From contig JAGACA010000020.1 of NCBI GenBank assembly GCA_017614315.1, positions 10,195-74,194 of the forward strand: a stretch of DNA of 64,000 nt. The letters run 5' to 3'. Below, piece after piece: positions 1 through 9,307 of the stretch (positions within the stretch are counted from its first letter, which is position 1; the number at the start of each line of letters is the position of its first letter). Origin of the DNA: Clostridia bacterium (lineage in GTDB: Bacteria > Bacillota > Clostridia > Christensenellales > CAG-138). The translations under genes and the position numbers were made by a program. The notes beneath the pieces are model-generated. The model did no database searches. It was not told the DNA's origin and saw only the letters and a program-made list of their open reading frames with translations.

Positions 1-1
1 T

Positions 2-724
2 ACCTTCTATTTCCGTGCGCGCTTTGTCGTTACCGTGAGAGTGGATGGGACCCCGGACAAGTATTACTTCTCCGAGTGGTCGAACATCGCGAGCGTCGGC
101 AAGGACGCCGAGGTGATCGCTCCTCTTACGAAAGCCGATCTTCCCGCGCCGGTCATCACCGATCTTCGCATGACCGATAAGGAATTCAACGACAATCCCG
201 TCGTAGCCTTCACGCTCACCGTGCCCGACGAGCTCATGGAGAACGCCGCAAGGGTCGAGGCCATGGGCGGCAGCATAGTCATCGAGACCGAGGCGCGCGT
301 CAAGGGCGATACCGAATGGACGCTGATGGGCAATTCCGACTGGATCATAAAGGCAGGCGAGATGGAGTGCGCGCTCCTTCACCTTGCGAACGACGACCAC
401 CCGATTATTCCGAAGGACACCGTGATCGAGCTTCGCTGCCGCTACAGGTGCAGTCAGCCGGATATGGACGACATATTCTCCGATTATTCGAAGATAATCT
501 CCTTCGGCACGAACGACATTAACTCGGGCGATAATCCCGGCGGCGGCGTCATCGCGCCGGGCGGGGACGACGACAAGACCGAATGTCCCATCTGCCACTT
601 CTGCCCGCAGCCTCTCGGCCTGTGCATATTCATCTGGATCGCGATAATACTCGCTGTGATAATCATTATCGTCGTGATAATCGTCGTCGCGTCCAAGAAC
701 AAGAAGAAAAAGAAGAACAACTGA
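2..724 (+). CDS. C-terminal part of a membrane-anchored (possibly surface) protein; the 5' end lies outside the window
   Basis: The frame is open from base 2, with no stop upstream of the Met at 35. It ends with a CPICHFCP motif, a ~25-aa hydrophobic segment and a KNKKKKKNN tail. Confidence 0.6.
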   Translation, partial: TFYFRARFVVTVRVDGTPDKYYFSEWSNIASVGKDAEVIAPLTKADLPAPVITDLRMTDKEFNDNPVVAFTLTVPDELMENAARVEAMGGSIVIETEARVKGDTEWTLMGNSDWIIKAGEMECALLHLANDDHPIIPKDTVIELRCRYRCSQPDMDDIFSDYSKIISFGTNDINSGDNPGGGVIAPGGDDDKTECPICHFCPQPLGLCIFIWIAIILAVIIIIVVIIVVASKNKKKKKNN

Positions 725-834
725 TCATAACAGGAAAACGATCGGGCTCGGCAGCACGCCGGGCCCGATTCCGTTGAAGGCAGATACTTCATGCGCAAAG
801 CGCAATTCATACGCCCGCAGGGTGGATCTAACTG

Positions 835-862
835 AAAACCCCTCGCTGATGCGAGGGGTTTT
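835..862. terminator. Bidirectional rho-independent terminator
   Basis: AAAA-CCCCTCGC-tgat-GCGAGGGG-TTTTT: an 8-bp GC stem with A/T runs on both sides, between the + CDS and the end of the minus tRNA operon. Confidence 0.8.
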
Positions 863-937
863 TGGAGGCACCATCCAGAATCGAACTGGAGAATGGCGAT
901 TTTGCAGACCGCTGCCTTACCGCTTGGCTATGGTGCC
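863..937 (-). tRNA. tRNA-Cys (GCA)
   Basis: The reverse complement reads GGCACCATAGCCAAGCGGTAAGGCAGCGGTCTGCAAAATCGCC...GGTTCGATTCTGGATGGTGCCTCCA. It folds as a cloverleaf with anticodon loop CTGCAAA and an encoded CCA. Confidence 0.95.
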
Positions 938-1150
938 GGGATATTCGGTTGTGGGAGAACGGGCAGTCCACGGGGCGGACTAACCTCACTTCGTTCGGAC
1001 TGCCGCCCGTTCGTTTCCTTTTTGACCATCAGCCGGATGGTCAAAATTGCCTTCGGCAACCGGAATCGAACCTCGAACCCGCATAAAATGCGGGTCAATG
1101 GGCGCTGCCTCCGTCCATTTATTAAATCCCCTGATCGGGGATTTAATAAA
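938..1150 (-). other. Unassigned structured spacer inside the tRNA operon (hairpins plus a tRNA-like T-loop/anticodon-like arm)
   Basis: Minus-strand reading shows four elements. (1) A 14-bp AT-rich hairpin, TTTATTAAATCCCC-gatca-GGGGATTTAATAAA. (2) A 6-bp stem with the 7-nt loop ATTTTAT (U33/A37-like), followed by GGTTCGATTCC. (3) A hairpin TTGACCATC-cggct-GATGGTCAA. (4) A ~13-bp helix GAACGGGC(G)GCAGTCC...GGACTGCCCGTTC. I could not fold a complete cloverleaf. Confidence 0.3.
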
Positions 1151-1226
1151 TGGAGCGGGAAACGGGGCTCGAACCCGCCACCTCCGCCTTGGCAAGGCGG
1201 CGCTCTACCAAATGAGCTATTCCCGC
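1151..1226 (-). tRNA. tRNA-Gly (GCC)
   Basis: The reverse complement reads GCGGGAATAGCTCATTTGGTAGAGCGCCGCCTTGCCAAGGCGGAGGTGGCGGGTTCGAGCCCCGTTTCCCGCTCCA. The anticodon loop is TTGCCAA. Confidence 0.95.
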
Positions 1227-1230
1227 AGGT

Positions 1231-1306
1231 TGGTGCCTCAGAGTGGAGTTGAACCACCGACACGGGGATTTTCAGTCCCCTGCTCTACCTACTGAGCTAC
1301 CGAGGC
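1231..1306 (-). tRNA. tRNA-Phe (GAA)
   Basis: The reverse complement reads GCCTCGGTAGCTCAGTAGGTAGAGCAGGGGACTGAAAATCCCCGTGTCGGTGGTTCAACTCCACTCTGAGGCACCA. Confidence 0.95.
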
Positions 1307-1312
1307 ATATAT

Positions 1313-1389
1313 TGGCGACCCGAAGGGGGCTCGAACCCCTGACCTCCAGCGTGACAGGCTGGCATTCTAACCAACTGAACTACCGGGCC
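1313..1389 (-). tRNA. tRNA-Asp (GTC)
   Basis: The reverse complement reads GGCCCGGTAGTTCAGTTGGTTAGAATGCCAGCCTGTCACGCTGGAGGTCAGGGGTTCGAGCCCCCTTCGGGTCGCCA. Confidence 0.95.
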
Positions 1390-1392
1390 GAA

Positions 1393-1468
1393 TGGTGGAA
1401 ACAATAGGGCTCGAACCTATGACCCCCTGCTTGTAAGGCAGGTGCTCTCCCAGCTGAGCTATGCTTCC
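1393..1468 (-). tRNA. tRNA-Val (TAC)
   Basis: The reverse complement reads GGAAGCATAGCTCAGCTGGGAGAGCACCTGCCTTACAAGCAGGGGGTCATAGGTTCGAGCCCTATTGTTTCCACCA. Confidence 0.95.
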
Positions 1469-1488
1469 GTCTTATCGACAGCTTAGCT

Positions 1489-1517
1489 ATTCTACACGAA
1501 AGATATTCGGTTGTCAA
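1489..1517 (-). promoter_or_regulatory. Sigma-A-type promoter of the tRNA operon
   Basis: Minus strand: TTGACA (1512-1517), a 17-nt spacer, then TAGAAT (1489-1494), about 20 nt upstream of tRNA-Val. Confidence 0.7.
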
Positions 1518-1800
1518 GGGCTTCATGAAACTTTTTTAGACGAATTTGAATATATTGTGCCCCGGCCGTGCCCGCCGCCGGGCGGCGATCCCGACCGCGC
1601 CGCGGACGTCTGCCGACAGTAATACGAGCGGCGCGGAAATCATATCATATTACGGCGATCCCGGGTCGGGCGCCGGAAGACCGCGACGGCCGAATGAGGA
1701 AAAAGTTAATGAAAATATGGCAAAATCATGAACAAATCGGTCGTTTTCCCGGCGCGAAAAATACTTTTTTTCATAGAAAGCAAAATTTTTTGACAAGGGA

Positions 1801-1829
1801 TTGACAACTTACAGTGAATGCCGTATAAT
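1801..1829 (+). promoter_or_regulatory. Sigma-A-type promoter of the ABC transporter operon
   Basis: TTGACA (1801-1806), a 17-nt spacer, then TATAAT (1824-1829), 45 nt upstream of the ATG at 1874. Confidence 0.75.
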
Positions 1830-1873
1830 ATCCATGTGTGTTACTATACACAATTTCAAAGGAGGAAGAATCA

Positions 1874-4429
1874 ATGCACAACATGAAAAAGATCCTTGCT
1901 GGTTTGCTGGCTCTCGTCATGATTCTCGCGCTTGCTGCTTGCCAGAAGCCCGTCAATCCCGATAATCCTGTCGAGACCCAGAAACCCGCGGATACTCAGG
2001 CTCCCGTAAATCCGGGTGAGACTGAGGTCCCCGGCCCGCAGGTCGATGTTGTTACCGGCAACTTTACGTATAATACGTATTCTCCCAGCCTGGGCAACAA
2101 CTGGAACCCGCACACCTGGGAGACCAGCGCTGACGATGCGATCCTTGGTTACCTTTCCATGCCCTTCGTAACGATGCAGGCTGAGAACACCGAGGACGGC
2201 ATCTATCAGTGGGTTTATGAGATGGCGACCGAGATCAACGACGTCACCGCCACCCATCAGGCCGACCTGACCAAGTATGCGGTCAAGCTCCCCGAGGGCG
2301 CTGATCCCGCTACCGTTACGGAAGGCTATGTCTTCGAGCTCAAGCTCAACCCCGATGCTAAGTGGGAAGACGGCACCCCCATCAATGCTGACACCTATGT
2401 CGAGTCCATGATGAGGCTGCTCGATCCTACCATGAAGAACTACCGTTCCAACCTCTATTGGTCCGGTGAGTCCGCAGTCGCGGGCGGCGTTGCCTACTAC
2501 TATCAGGGCACCACTGCTAAGATCGAGAACGAGACTGGCGCTGGCTACGGCATGGCTGACCTCACCGCCGGTGAAGACGGTCAGTACTACACCCCCGAGG
2601 GATATCCCATGTTCTTCGCGGTCGACTTCCCGATTACCAACTGGCTCAGCGGCAACACCCTGAAGGACTACGTCGAATACTACGGCGATAAGTACTTCGC
2701 GCTTGACACCTGGGAGGCTCTGGTTGCTCTCGTGGACGAGGATGGTCTTGTACCCCTCACCGATGAGACCTACGCTCTCTACGCTCCTGTCACCACCGGC
2801 AACCCCGCTTGGGGCGAGACCGAGGATGACCTCTACGCCTACATGGTTTACAAAGTAGAGTATCCCGAGTGCAGCTATGACGACACCGTCGGTATGTACA
2901 AAGTCGATGACTACACCATCGTGTACGTCATGGAGAGCAAGATCGATTACTACTACGCTCTGACCTCCTTCACCTCCACCTGGCTGGTCTATGGCCCGCT
3001 CTACGATGCTGGTAAGGATGACAGCGGCGAGCTCGTAACCACCAACTACGGTACTTCCGTCGAAACCTCCATGTCCTATGGCCCCTACAAGCTCGAGTCT
3101 CTGCAGGACGGCAAACAGATGGTCTTCGTTCAGAACGAGAACTGGTACGGCTGGCAGAAGGACGAGAACGGCTTCCTCTATTCCATCACCCCCTACCTCG
3201 TAGACGGTGAGCAGAGGCAGCGTTATCAGACCACCAAGATCGTCATCGACGTCATGACGGACGATGCTGCGAAGCAGGCGTTCCTGAAGGGCGAGCTGAT
3301 CGAGTGGGCGCCCTCCTCCGAGGAGCTTCCGACCTACGCTATGTCCGATCAGCTCTACAAGGCTGACGAGACCTACACGATGTCCTTCTTCTTCTGCACC
3401 GGCCTTGAGCTCCTGCAGGAGATGGATAACTCCAAGGGCAACGTCAACTCGGTCGTTATGTCCAACATCAAGTTCCGCAAGGCCTTCTCGCTGGGCATCA
3501 ACAGGGCTGAGTGGGTAACCGCGACCGCGGGCTTCACCCCCAGCTTCGGTCTGATGAACAATCAGTACTACTACGACTTCTACAATGATCCCGAGTCCTC
3601 TTACCGCTCCTCCGAGCCCGCCATGCAGGCCATCTGTGATCTGTACGGCGTACAGTACGGCGAGGGCACCCCGTATGCGACTCTGAAGGACGCTTATAAG
3701 TCCATCAACGGCTACAACCTGACTGAGGCCAAAGCGCTCATGAAGGAAGCCTGCCAGGAGCTCGTTGCGGCCGGCCTCTACACCGAGGGCGCTGAGATCA
3801 AGATCCGTATCGGCTACAAGAAGGGCGCTCTTGACTCCTCCGATCTGAAGCAGGTCGAGCTGATGAACAAGTACATCAACGCGGCTGCCGAGGGTTCCGG
3901 CTTCGGCCCGATCACCCTTGAGGCGATCGGCAACGTCACCGACCGTTACGGCGATACCGCCAGGGGCGAGTTCGCTATCGGTTACGGTGCATGGGGCGGC
4001 GCTGCTCTGTATCCGTTCCGTAACTTCGAAGTCTACTGCAACACCGACAAGTACGCCATCCACGAGGCCGGCTGCTGGGATCCCGCTGCTGAGACCCTTA
4101 CCCTCACCGTTGATGGCGAAGAAGTCACCATGACTTGGAAGGATTGGTCGACCAGCATGATCGGTACCGGCAGGTATGCTACTGCTTCGAACGAGATCAA
4201 GCTGCAGATCACTGCTCAGATGGAGAAGCTCTATCTCGAGAAGTACTACCGTATCCCGCTCGCTACTTCCACCACCTGCACGCTCCTTGCGTTCAAGGCC
4301 AACTTCTATACGCCGGATTACAACCTGGCTTATGGTTGGGGCGGACTTGAGCTCATGAAGTACAACTACAACGATGAAGAGTGGATCGCGTTCGTCAACG
4401 AGCAGGGCGGCACGCTGAACTACGAATAA
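1874..4429 (+). CDS. ABC transporter substrate-binding lipoprotein (peptide/nickel family 5, OppA-like), unusually large at ~851 aa
   Basis: The RBS AAAGGAGGAAG precedes the ATG at 1874. There is a signal peptide with the lipobox LALAAC and a Pro/Thr/Gln-rich linker. The body resembles a family-5 SBP and the gene heads a permease/ATPase operon. Confidence 0.85.
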   Translation: MHNMKKILAGLLALVMILALAACQKPVNPDNPVETQKPADTQAPVNPGETEVPGPQVDVVTGNFTYNTYSPSLGNNWNPHTWETSADDAILGYLSMPFVTMQAENTEDGIYQWVYEMATEINDVTATHQADLTKYAVKLPEGADPATVTEGYVFELKLNPDAKWEDGTPINADTYVESMMRLLDPTMKNYRSNLYWSGESAVAGGVAYYYQGTTAKIENETGAGYGMADLTAGEDGQYYTPEGYPMFFAVDFPITNWLSGNTLKDYVEYYGDKYFALDTWEALVALVDEDGLVPLTDETYALYAPVTTGNPAWGETEDDLYAYMVYKVEYPECSYDDTVGMYKVDDYTIVYVMESKIDYYYALTSFTSTWLVYGPLYDAGKDDSGELVTTNYGTSVETSMSYGPYKLESLQDGKQMVFVQNENWYGWQKDENGFLYSITPYLVDGEQRQRYQTTKIVIDVMTDDAAKQAFLKGELIEWAPSSEELPTYAMSDQLYKADETYTMSFFFCTGLELLQEMDNSKGNVNSVVMSNIKFRKAFSLGINRAEWVTATAGFTPSFGLMNNQYYYDFYNDPESSYRSSEPAMQAICDLYGVQYGEGTPYATLKDAYKSINGYNLTEAKALMKEACQELVAAGLYTEGAEIKIRIGYKKGALDSSDLKQVELMNKYINAAAEGSGFGPITLEAIGNVTDRYGDTARGEFAIGYGAWGGAALYPFRNFEVYCNTDKYAIHEAGCWDPAAETLTLTVDGEEVTMTWKDWSTSMIGTGRYATASNEIKLQITAQMEKLYLEKYYRIPLATSTTCTLLAFKANFYTPDYNLAYGWGGLELMKYNYNDEEWIAFVNEQGGTLNYE

Positions 4430-4470
4430 TAAACGAGTCGTCCAAGACGGCCCCATAAGTGTAATCGCAC

Positions 4471-4498
4471 CGCAGGGGGAGGGGGCCCTCCCCCTGCG
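4471..4498 (+). other. Strong intercistronic GC hairpin after the SBP gene
   Basis: CGCAGGGGGAGGG-ggcc-CTCCCCCTGCG, with no T-tract. A second stem, CTCGAA...TTCGAG, lies about 40 nt downstream. Confidence 0.5.
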
Positions 4499-4617
4499 CT
4501 GCTTGCTTTAAGGGCCATATATCGGAACACTCTCTTCTCGAATCCGTGCCTTGCGGGTTCGAGAAAAGGTGTTCCGGGGGATGGGACACAAATTTTGGGG
4601 AAGGAGAGGAAAGAGCA

Positions 4618-5577
4618 GTGCTGAAATACGTAGTAAAACGACTCATACTGATGTTGTTTACGTTATTCATCATCGTCATGATAACCTTTATACTGGTTCA
4701 TATGCTGCCCCGTGAGATGCCCGTCGAGAAGAATCTGCAGGCGGTCATCGCACAGCGCTGGGAGGCGCTGGGCTACAATAAGCCGATTATGACCCAGTTC
4801 GGTATCTACCTAAAGAACATTTTTACCAAGTGGGACTTCGGTACCTCATGGTACATCGCTCCCCGTAAAGGAGCTTGGGAAGTTCTCGAAAGCGGCTTCC
4901 TCCCGACGCTGCTTGTCAACCTGTATTCAATGATCCTGGCGGTCCCGGTGGGCATCGCGCTCGGTGTTTACGCCGCTATCCGCAAAAACAAATGGGACGA
5001 TTCATTTATCAGCACGATAGTAATGGTGTTCATCTCCGTCCCGTCATACGTCTACGCTTTCCTGGTTCAATATACCCTGTACTTTAAGCTCGGGTGGCTG
5101 CCGCTTACGATGTATTCGTTGGCAGACGCGGGCGGCTCTTACTTTACGTGGAAGATGTTCGTAAGTATGATCCCCGCCATCCTCGCGCTGTCCTTCGGTT
5201 CGATCGCGGGTTATACGCGTTTCGTCCGTGCGGAGCTGACCGAGTCGCTGACCAGCGAGTACATGCTGCTTGCCCGCACCAAGGGCCTTACCCGTGCGGA
5301 AGCCACTGCCCGCCACGCTCTGAAGAACGCCATGGTCCCCGTTCTGCCGAACATACTGTCCGAGTTCGTCGGGCTGCTCTCCGGTTCGCTGATCATCGAG
5401 CAGATCTTCTCCATCCCCGGCGTCGGTCAGCTGTACATCAAATCGTTGAACTTATTCGACTACGACGTGTTTATGATAGACTGTGTATTCTATACGTTCG
5501 TTTATCTGCTCGCCGGTATCGTGCTGGATCTGAGCTACGGCTTCATCGATCCGCGTATCAGAATGGGGGAGAGATAA
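4618..5577 (+). CDS. ABC transporter permease (OppB/DppB-like)
   Basis: GTG start after GGGGAAGGAGAGG. The N-terminus VLKYVVKRLILML is typical of OppB-family permeases, and the EAA-like region LARTKGLTRAEATARHALKNA is present. Confidence 0.9.
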   Translation: MLKYVVKRLILMLFTLFIIVMITFILVHMLPREMPVEKNLQAVIAQRWEALGYNKPIMTQFGIYLKNIFTKWDFGTSWYIAPRKGAWEVLESGFLPTLLVNLYSMILAVPVGIALGVYAAIRKNKWDDSFISTIVMVFISVPSYVYAFLVQYTLYFKLGWLPLTMYSLADAGGSYFTWKMFVSMIPAILALSFGSIAGYTRFVRAELTESLTSEYMLLARTKGLTRAEATARHALKNAMVPVLPNILSEFVGLLSGSLIIEQIFSIPGVGQLYIKSLNLFDYDVFMIDCVFYTFVYLLAGIVLDLSYGFIDPRIRMGER

Positions 5578-5578
5578 G

Positions 5579-7147
5579 ATGGCAAACGATATTAAAACGA
5601 TCAGCCCCGAAAAGTTTGAGTTTGTCAACATGAACACGCGTCTCACCGACGTTAAGTTCGACGACAAGCCCATCGGATATTTCAAGGACGCGTGGATCCG
5701 CTTCCGCAAGAGTAAGGCCGCGGTCGTGGCGATGATCATCATCATCCTGATATTCCTGTTCTCGGTCACCGCGCCTCTCTTCACCAAGAATCCGTCCACG
5801 TTCATGGACACCTACTATGCCAAGAAGGGTCCGTACATAAAATCCCTTCGCAGCATAGGCATCGCCAACGGCGGCGTTAAGCGCGACTTCTCCGAGATCG
5901 GTCTTATCTCCAAGATCGCCATCGGCATGGGTGCGGAGGACTGGGAAGGCACCGGCAAGGTCACCCTCGAAGATGGCATGGCCAGCGAGTTCCAGCCCAT
6001 ACTCGAGGTCAGCGATCCCTATATCCAGATCGACTCGTCCAAGAAGGAAAAGACCTATTACCACGGCGTCATCGACGCTTATAACGAGGTCGGCTTCCTC
6101 TTCCTCAGCGTTGAGCAGGAAGAGCTGAAGAAGATGATCGCGTGGGAAGAGGAGTCGGGTCTCCACCTGCTCTATCCTCTCATCGAGGACAACAACTTCA
6201 CCCCCGATCCTCAGGATGCGAACTTCTGGTTCAAGTGCAAAAAGTACCAGCCGATCACCATCAACGAAAAGGGCAAGGCCAAGAACGTTGAGTATGCTCC
6301 CGGCATGGTGCTTGAGGACAACTACAAGCGCGACGAAGAAGGCAACGCCATCAAGTGGGAATACACCGGCGGCGGTTCCTTCGAGACCGCGCACATGAAG
6401 GTCCGCGTTCTCTACAAGAACTACTATATCTATAAGAACGGATTCGAGCCGCAGTACCTCTTCGGCACCGACAGCCAGGGCTATGACCTGATGCTGAGGC
6501 TTGCCGGCGGTCTCCGCCTGAGCTTACTGCTCGCTATCAGCGTTTCCGTCATCAACTTCTGCATCGGCGCGCTCTACGGCTCGACCGAAGGCTTCTACGG
6601 CGGTGCGGTCGACCTGCTCATGGAGCGTTTCTCCGATATCCTGAGCGGCGTCCCGTTCATCATCGTGGCAACGCTGTTCCAGATCCATCTGGCAACGAAG
6701 CTGGGCGCGGTACCGTGCTTGTTGTTCGCATACATACTGAACGGATGGATAAACATCGCGTACCGAGTCAGGACCCAGTTCTACCGCTTCAAGAAGCAGG
6801 AATTCGTTCTTGCCGCGAAGACCCTCGGTGCGCGCGATATGCGTCTTATCTGGAAGCACATCTTCCCGAACTCTCTGGGTACGATCGTTACGTCCACCGC
6901 GCTGATCATCCCGGGCGTCATATTCAGCGAGAGCATGCTGAGCTACCTCGGCATCGTCAAGCTGGGTTCCTCAAGGACCACCTCCCTCGGTACCTTGCTC
7001 TCCGACGCAAGCGCGATCTGGATGAACTATCCGCACCTGATGATCCTGCCGGCGTTGTTCATTTCGCTGCTGATGATCTCGTTCAACCTGTTCGGCAATG
7101 GCTTGAGAGACGCATTCAATCCGTCGCTGCGCAATGTGGAGGATTGA
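5579..7147 (+). CDS. ABC transporter permease (OppC/DppC-like) with a ~250-aa extracytoplasmic insertion after TM1
   Basis: The C-terminal 220 aa is OppC-like (AAKTLGARDMRLIWKHIFPN, and an ending resembling NLFGNGLRDAFNP). After the first TM helix there is a long non-hydrophobic segment. Confidence 0.85.
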   Translation: MANDIKTISPEKFEFVNMNTRLTDVKFDDKPIGYFKDAWIRFRKSKAAVVAMIIIILIFLFSVTAPLFTKNPSTFMDTYYAKKGPYIKSLRSIGIANGGVKRDFSEIGLISKIAIGMGAEDWEGTGKVTLEDGMASEFQPILEVSDPYIQIDSSKKEKTYYHGVIDAYNEVGFLFLSVEQEELKKMIAWEEESGLHLLYPLIEDNNFTPDPQDANFWFKCKKYQPITINEKGKAKNVEYAPGMVLEDNYKRDEEGNAIKWEYTGGGSFETAHMKVRVLYKNYYIYKNGFEPQYLFGTDSQGYDLMLRLAGGLRLSLLLAISVSVINFCIGALYGSTEGFYGGAVDLLMERFSDILSGVPFIIVATLFQIHLATKLGAVPCLLFAYILNGWINIAYRVRTQFYRFKKQEFVLAAKTLGARDMRLIWKHIFPNSLGTIVTSTALIIPGVIFSESMLSYLGIVKLGSSRTTSLGTLLSDASAIWMNYPHLMILPALFISLLMISFNLFGNGLRDAFNPSLRNVED

Positions 7148-7150
7148 TCT

Positions 7151-9307
7151 ATGGATAACATACTCGAAGTAAAAAACCTGAAAGTCTCTTTCCGCACAAC
7201 GGCCGGTACGCTGAAGGCTGTCCGCGACATCTCCCTCGATCTTAAGCGCGGCAAAACGCTCGCGATCGTCGGCGAGTCCGGCTCGGGCAAATCCGTTACG
7301 GCAAAGGCCATCCTCGGTATACTCGCAGGCAACACCATCATCGAAGGCGGCGAGATACTCTACGACGGCAAGGATCTTCTGAAGATCTCGGAAGAGGACT
7401 TCCACAACATCCGCGGCGACAAGATCTCCATGATCTTCCAGGATCCGCTTTCCTCTCTGGATCCTATCGTTAAGATCGGCCGTCAGATCACCGAGGCGAT
7501 GCTCCTCAAGAGCTCGACCAACCGCAGGGTGGCAAAGAAGGAATTCAACGCGCGTCTCGCCGCGCTGAAAAAGAACATGTACGCGGCGGTCGGTAAGGAG
7601 CACACGGGCGAGGTCGACGAGCAGCTCAAGACCTTCAAACGGTTCTGCATCGAGAGCAACCATCTTGAGAACTCGTACAACCTTGCGCACTCCAACGCGA
7701 CCGACCTGCACGGCTTAAGCGACAACTTCCTCTTCCTCGCGGAGAAGAATCAGCACATCGACGTCAGGAAGAACCTCTCCGATTTCAGGAAAAGGCTCGG
7801 GAAGATCGACGATCGTTTCCTGACGAAGGGCTACAAGGATCGCATGAACGCGATCTCCGAAGAGCTCTCGCGCGCCGCTGCCGGCTATAACAAGAAAGAA
7901 AACAAAACGGAAGCCTCTGTAGAGGCCGTCAAGAAGCTCGAAGAGCTCACGAAGGAGCTTATCGAGAGCAAACGCCCCGACTTCTTCAGCATCGGCTACT
8001 ACAAGCTCTTCGACCAGAGCGCCAACCTCGATCTTCCGACCGAGGAGCTGAACAATAAGGCTCAGGCCTTCATCGAGGAAAGGTTCCTCAAGAAGTTCGG
8101 CGACAGCGAAAAGGAGGCCGTCAAGTACTCCTTTGAGCGCGCGCTCAAAGAGAAAAAGGACGTCATTGAGAAGCTCAAGACCGCCCGCGAGTTCTTCTCC
8201 ACCGATTTCACCAAGCCCGAAGCGAAGAAGACCGCCAAGGCGCTCTACGCCGAGATCGACGAGTCGATCGACGAGCTCGAGTTCATCAAGGACAGCCGTG
8301 CGTATACCTTCGAATCCGCGCTGGACAACGCGATCAACCGCTACTTCTACTACCTTAAGCGCAACCCGAAGGAAGAAGCGCGTTTCGCGCGTCAGTCCGC
8401 AAAGCGCGAACGTCTCATCGCCCGCGGCAGGACGGTCACCTGGAAGGTCGTTCCGAAGGTGGTCTATCCCAAGGAAGAGCTCAGCGGCAACATCATTCAG
8501 ATCATCGACCGCATGTCCGAGCACTATGAGAACCAGATCGCTTCTTCGGGCGAGATCGACTTCGACAAGCGCACCAACGATCTGACCAACCACTTCAAGA
8601 AGACGGCTTCCGGCATCGTCTACCGCGTAACCAAGGGTATGGCGAAGGAGAAGGCCATCAAGCTGATGGATGAGGTCGGTATCCACGAGCCGCGTCTCCG
8701 TTACAACCAGTATCCGTTCGAGTTCTCCGGCGGTATGCGTCAGCGTATCGTTATCGCGATAGCGCTTGCGGCGAACCCCGACATACTGATCTGCGACGAG
8801 CCGACCACCGCTCTGGACGTTACGATACAGTCCCAGATACTCGAGCTCATCAACAAGCTCAAGGCAGAGCGCGGCCTGTCCATCATATTCATCACGCACG
8901 ACCTCGGCGTCGTTGCGAATATGGCGGACGATATCGCCGTTATGTACGCGGGCAAGATCGTCGAGTACGGCTCCGCGGACGAGATCTTCTACGATCCGCG
9001 TCATCCGTACACCTGGGCGCTCCTGTCCTCCATGCCCGACCTTGACACCAAGGAAAAGCTCGACGCGATCCCCGGCACCCCGCCGAACATGATCTATCCG
9101 CCCGAGGGCGACGCTTTCGCAGCTCGAAACAAGTACGCTATGAAGATCGACTTCGAGGAGCATCCGCCGTTCTTCCGCGTCACGGATACGCACTATGCGG
9201 CAACGTGGCTGCTGCATCCGGATGCACCCAAGGTCGAGATCCCGAAGGCGATTACCGATCGTATTCGCCGTATGACCGAAAGACTCGAGGGGGGTGAAAT
9301 CAAATGA
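7151..9307 (+). CDS. ABC transporter ATP-binding protein (OppD-like) split by a ~400-aa charged helical insertion
   Basis: Motifs present: Walker [10 protein letters not shown]-loop [14 protein letters not shown], then ~400 aa rich in K/E, then signature FSGGMRQR, Walker [13 protein letters not shown] and H-loop ITHDL. The oligopeptide C-terminal domain is also present. Confidence 0.85.
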   Translation: MDNILEVKNLKVSFRTTAGTLKAVRDISLDLKRGKTLAIVGESGSGKSVTAKAILGILAGNTIIEGGEILYDGKDLLKISEEDFHNIRGDKISMIFQDPLSSLDPIVKIGRQITEAMLLKSSTNRRVAKKEFNARLAALKKNMYAAVGKEHTGEVDEQLKTFKRFCIESNHLENSYNLAHSNATDLHGLSDNFLFLAEKNQHIDVRKNLSDFRKRLGKIDDRFLTKGYKDRMNAISEELSRAAAGYNKKENKTEASVEAVKKLEELTKELIESKRPDFFSIGYYKLFDQSANLDLPTEELNNKAQAFIEERFLKKFGDSEKEAVKYSFERALKEKKDVIEKLKTAREFFSTDFTKPEAKKTAKALYAEIDESIDELEFIKDSRAYTFESALDNAINRYFYYLKRNPKEEARFARQSAKRERLIARGRTVTWKVVPKVVYPKEELSGNIIQIIDRMSEHYENQIASSGEIDFDKRTNDLTNHFKKTASGIVYRVTKGMAKEKAIKLMDEVGIHEPRLRYNQYPFEFSGGMRQRIVIAIALAANPDILICDEPTTALDVTIQSQILELINKLKAERGLSIIFITHDLGVVANMADDIAVMYAGKIVEYGSADEIFYDPRHPYTWALLSSMPDLDTKEKLDAIPGTPPNMIYPPEGDAFAARNKYAMKIDFEEHPPFFRVTDTHYAATWLLHPDAPKVEIPKAITDRIRRMTERLEGGEIK

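Noticed and set aside
941-952. The 12-mer ATATTCGGTTGT shared by the tRNA-operon promoter spacer (1503-1514) and the region just upstream of tRNA-Cys, read as evidence for a second internal promoter.
   Set aside because: At the second site the -35 and -10 positions read CCCACA and CATAGC, which are poor matches. A single 12-mer match may be chance, so it is mentioned only within the spacer finding.
1546-1804. Small ORFs (61 and 78 aa) and a repeated CGGCGATCCCG 11-mer in the GC-rich spacer between the tRNA promoter and the transporter promoter.
   Set aside because: The ORFs have no RBS and Arg/Pro/Ala-rich improbable products. The repeat is short, and GC-rich sequence makes chance matches likely.
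1871-4456. Very long antisense ORFs, including 1871-4456 (861 aa), 58717-61374 (885 aa), 7715-9217, 10990-12318, 40373-41770, 55230-56903, 22939-24156, 36356-37840 and 44762-45886.
   Set aside because: Each lies exactly opposite a confidently identified gene. Their products are low-complexity and rich in R/G/A/V/D/L, and they lack RBSs. This is the stop-codon-poor antisense frame typical of GC3-rich coding DNA, so they are shadow ORFs.
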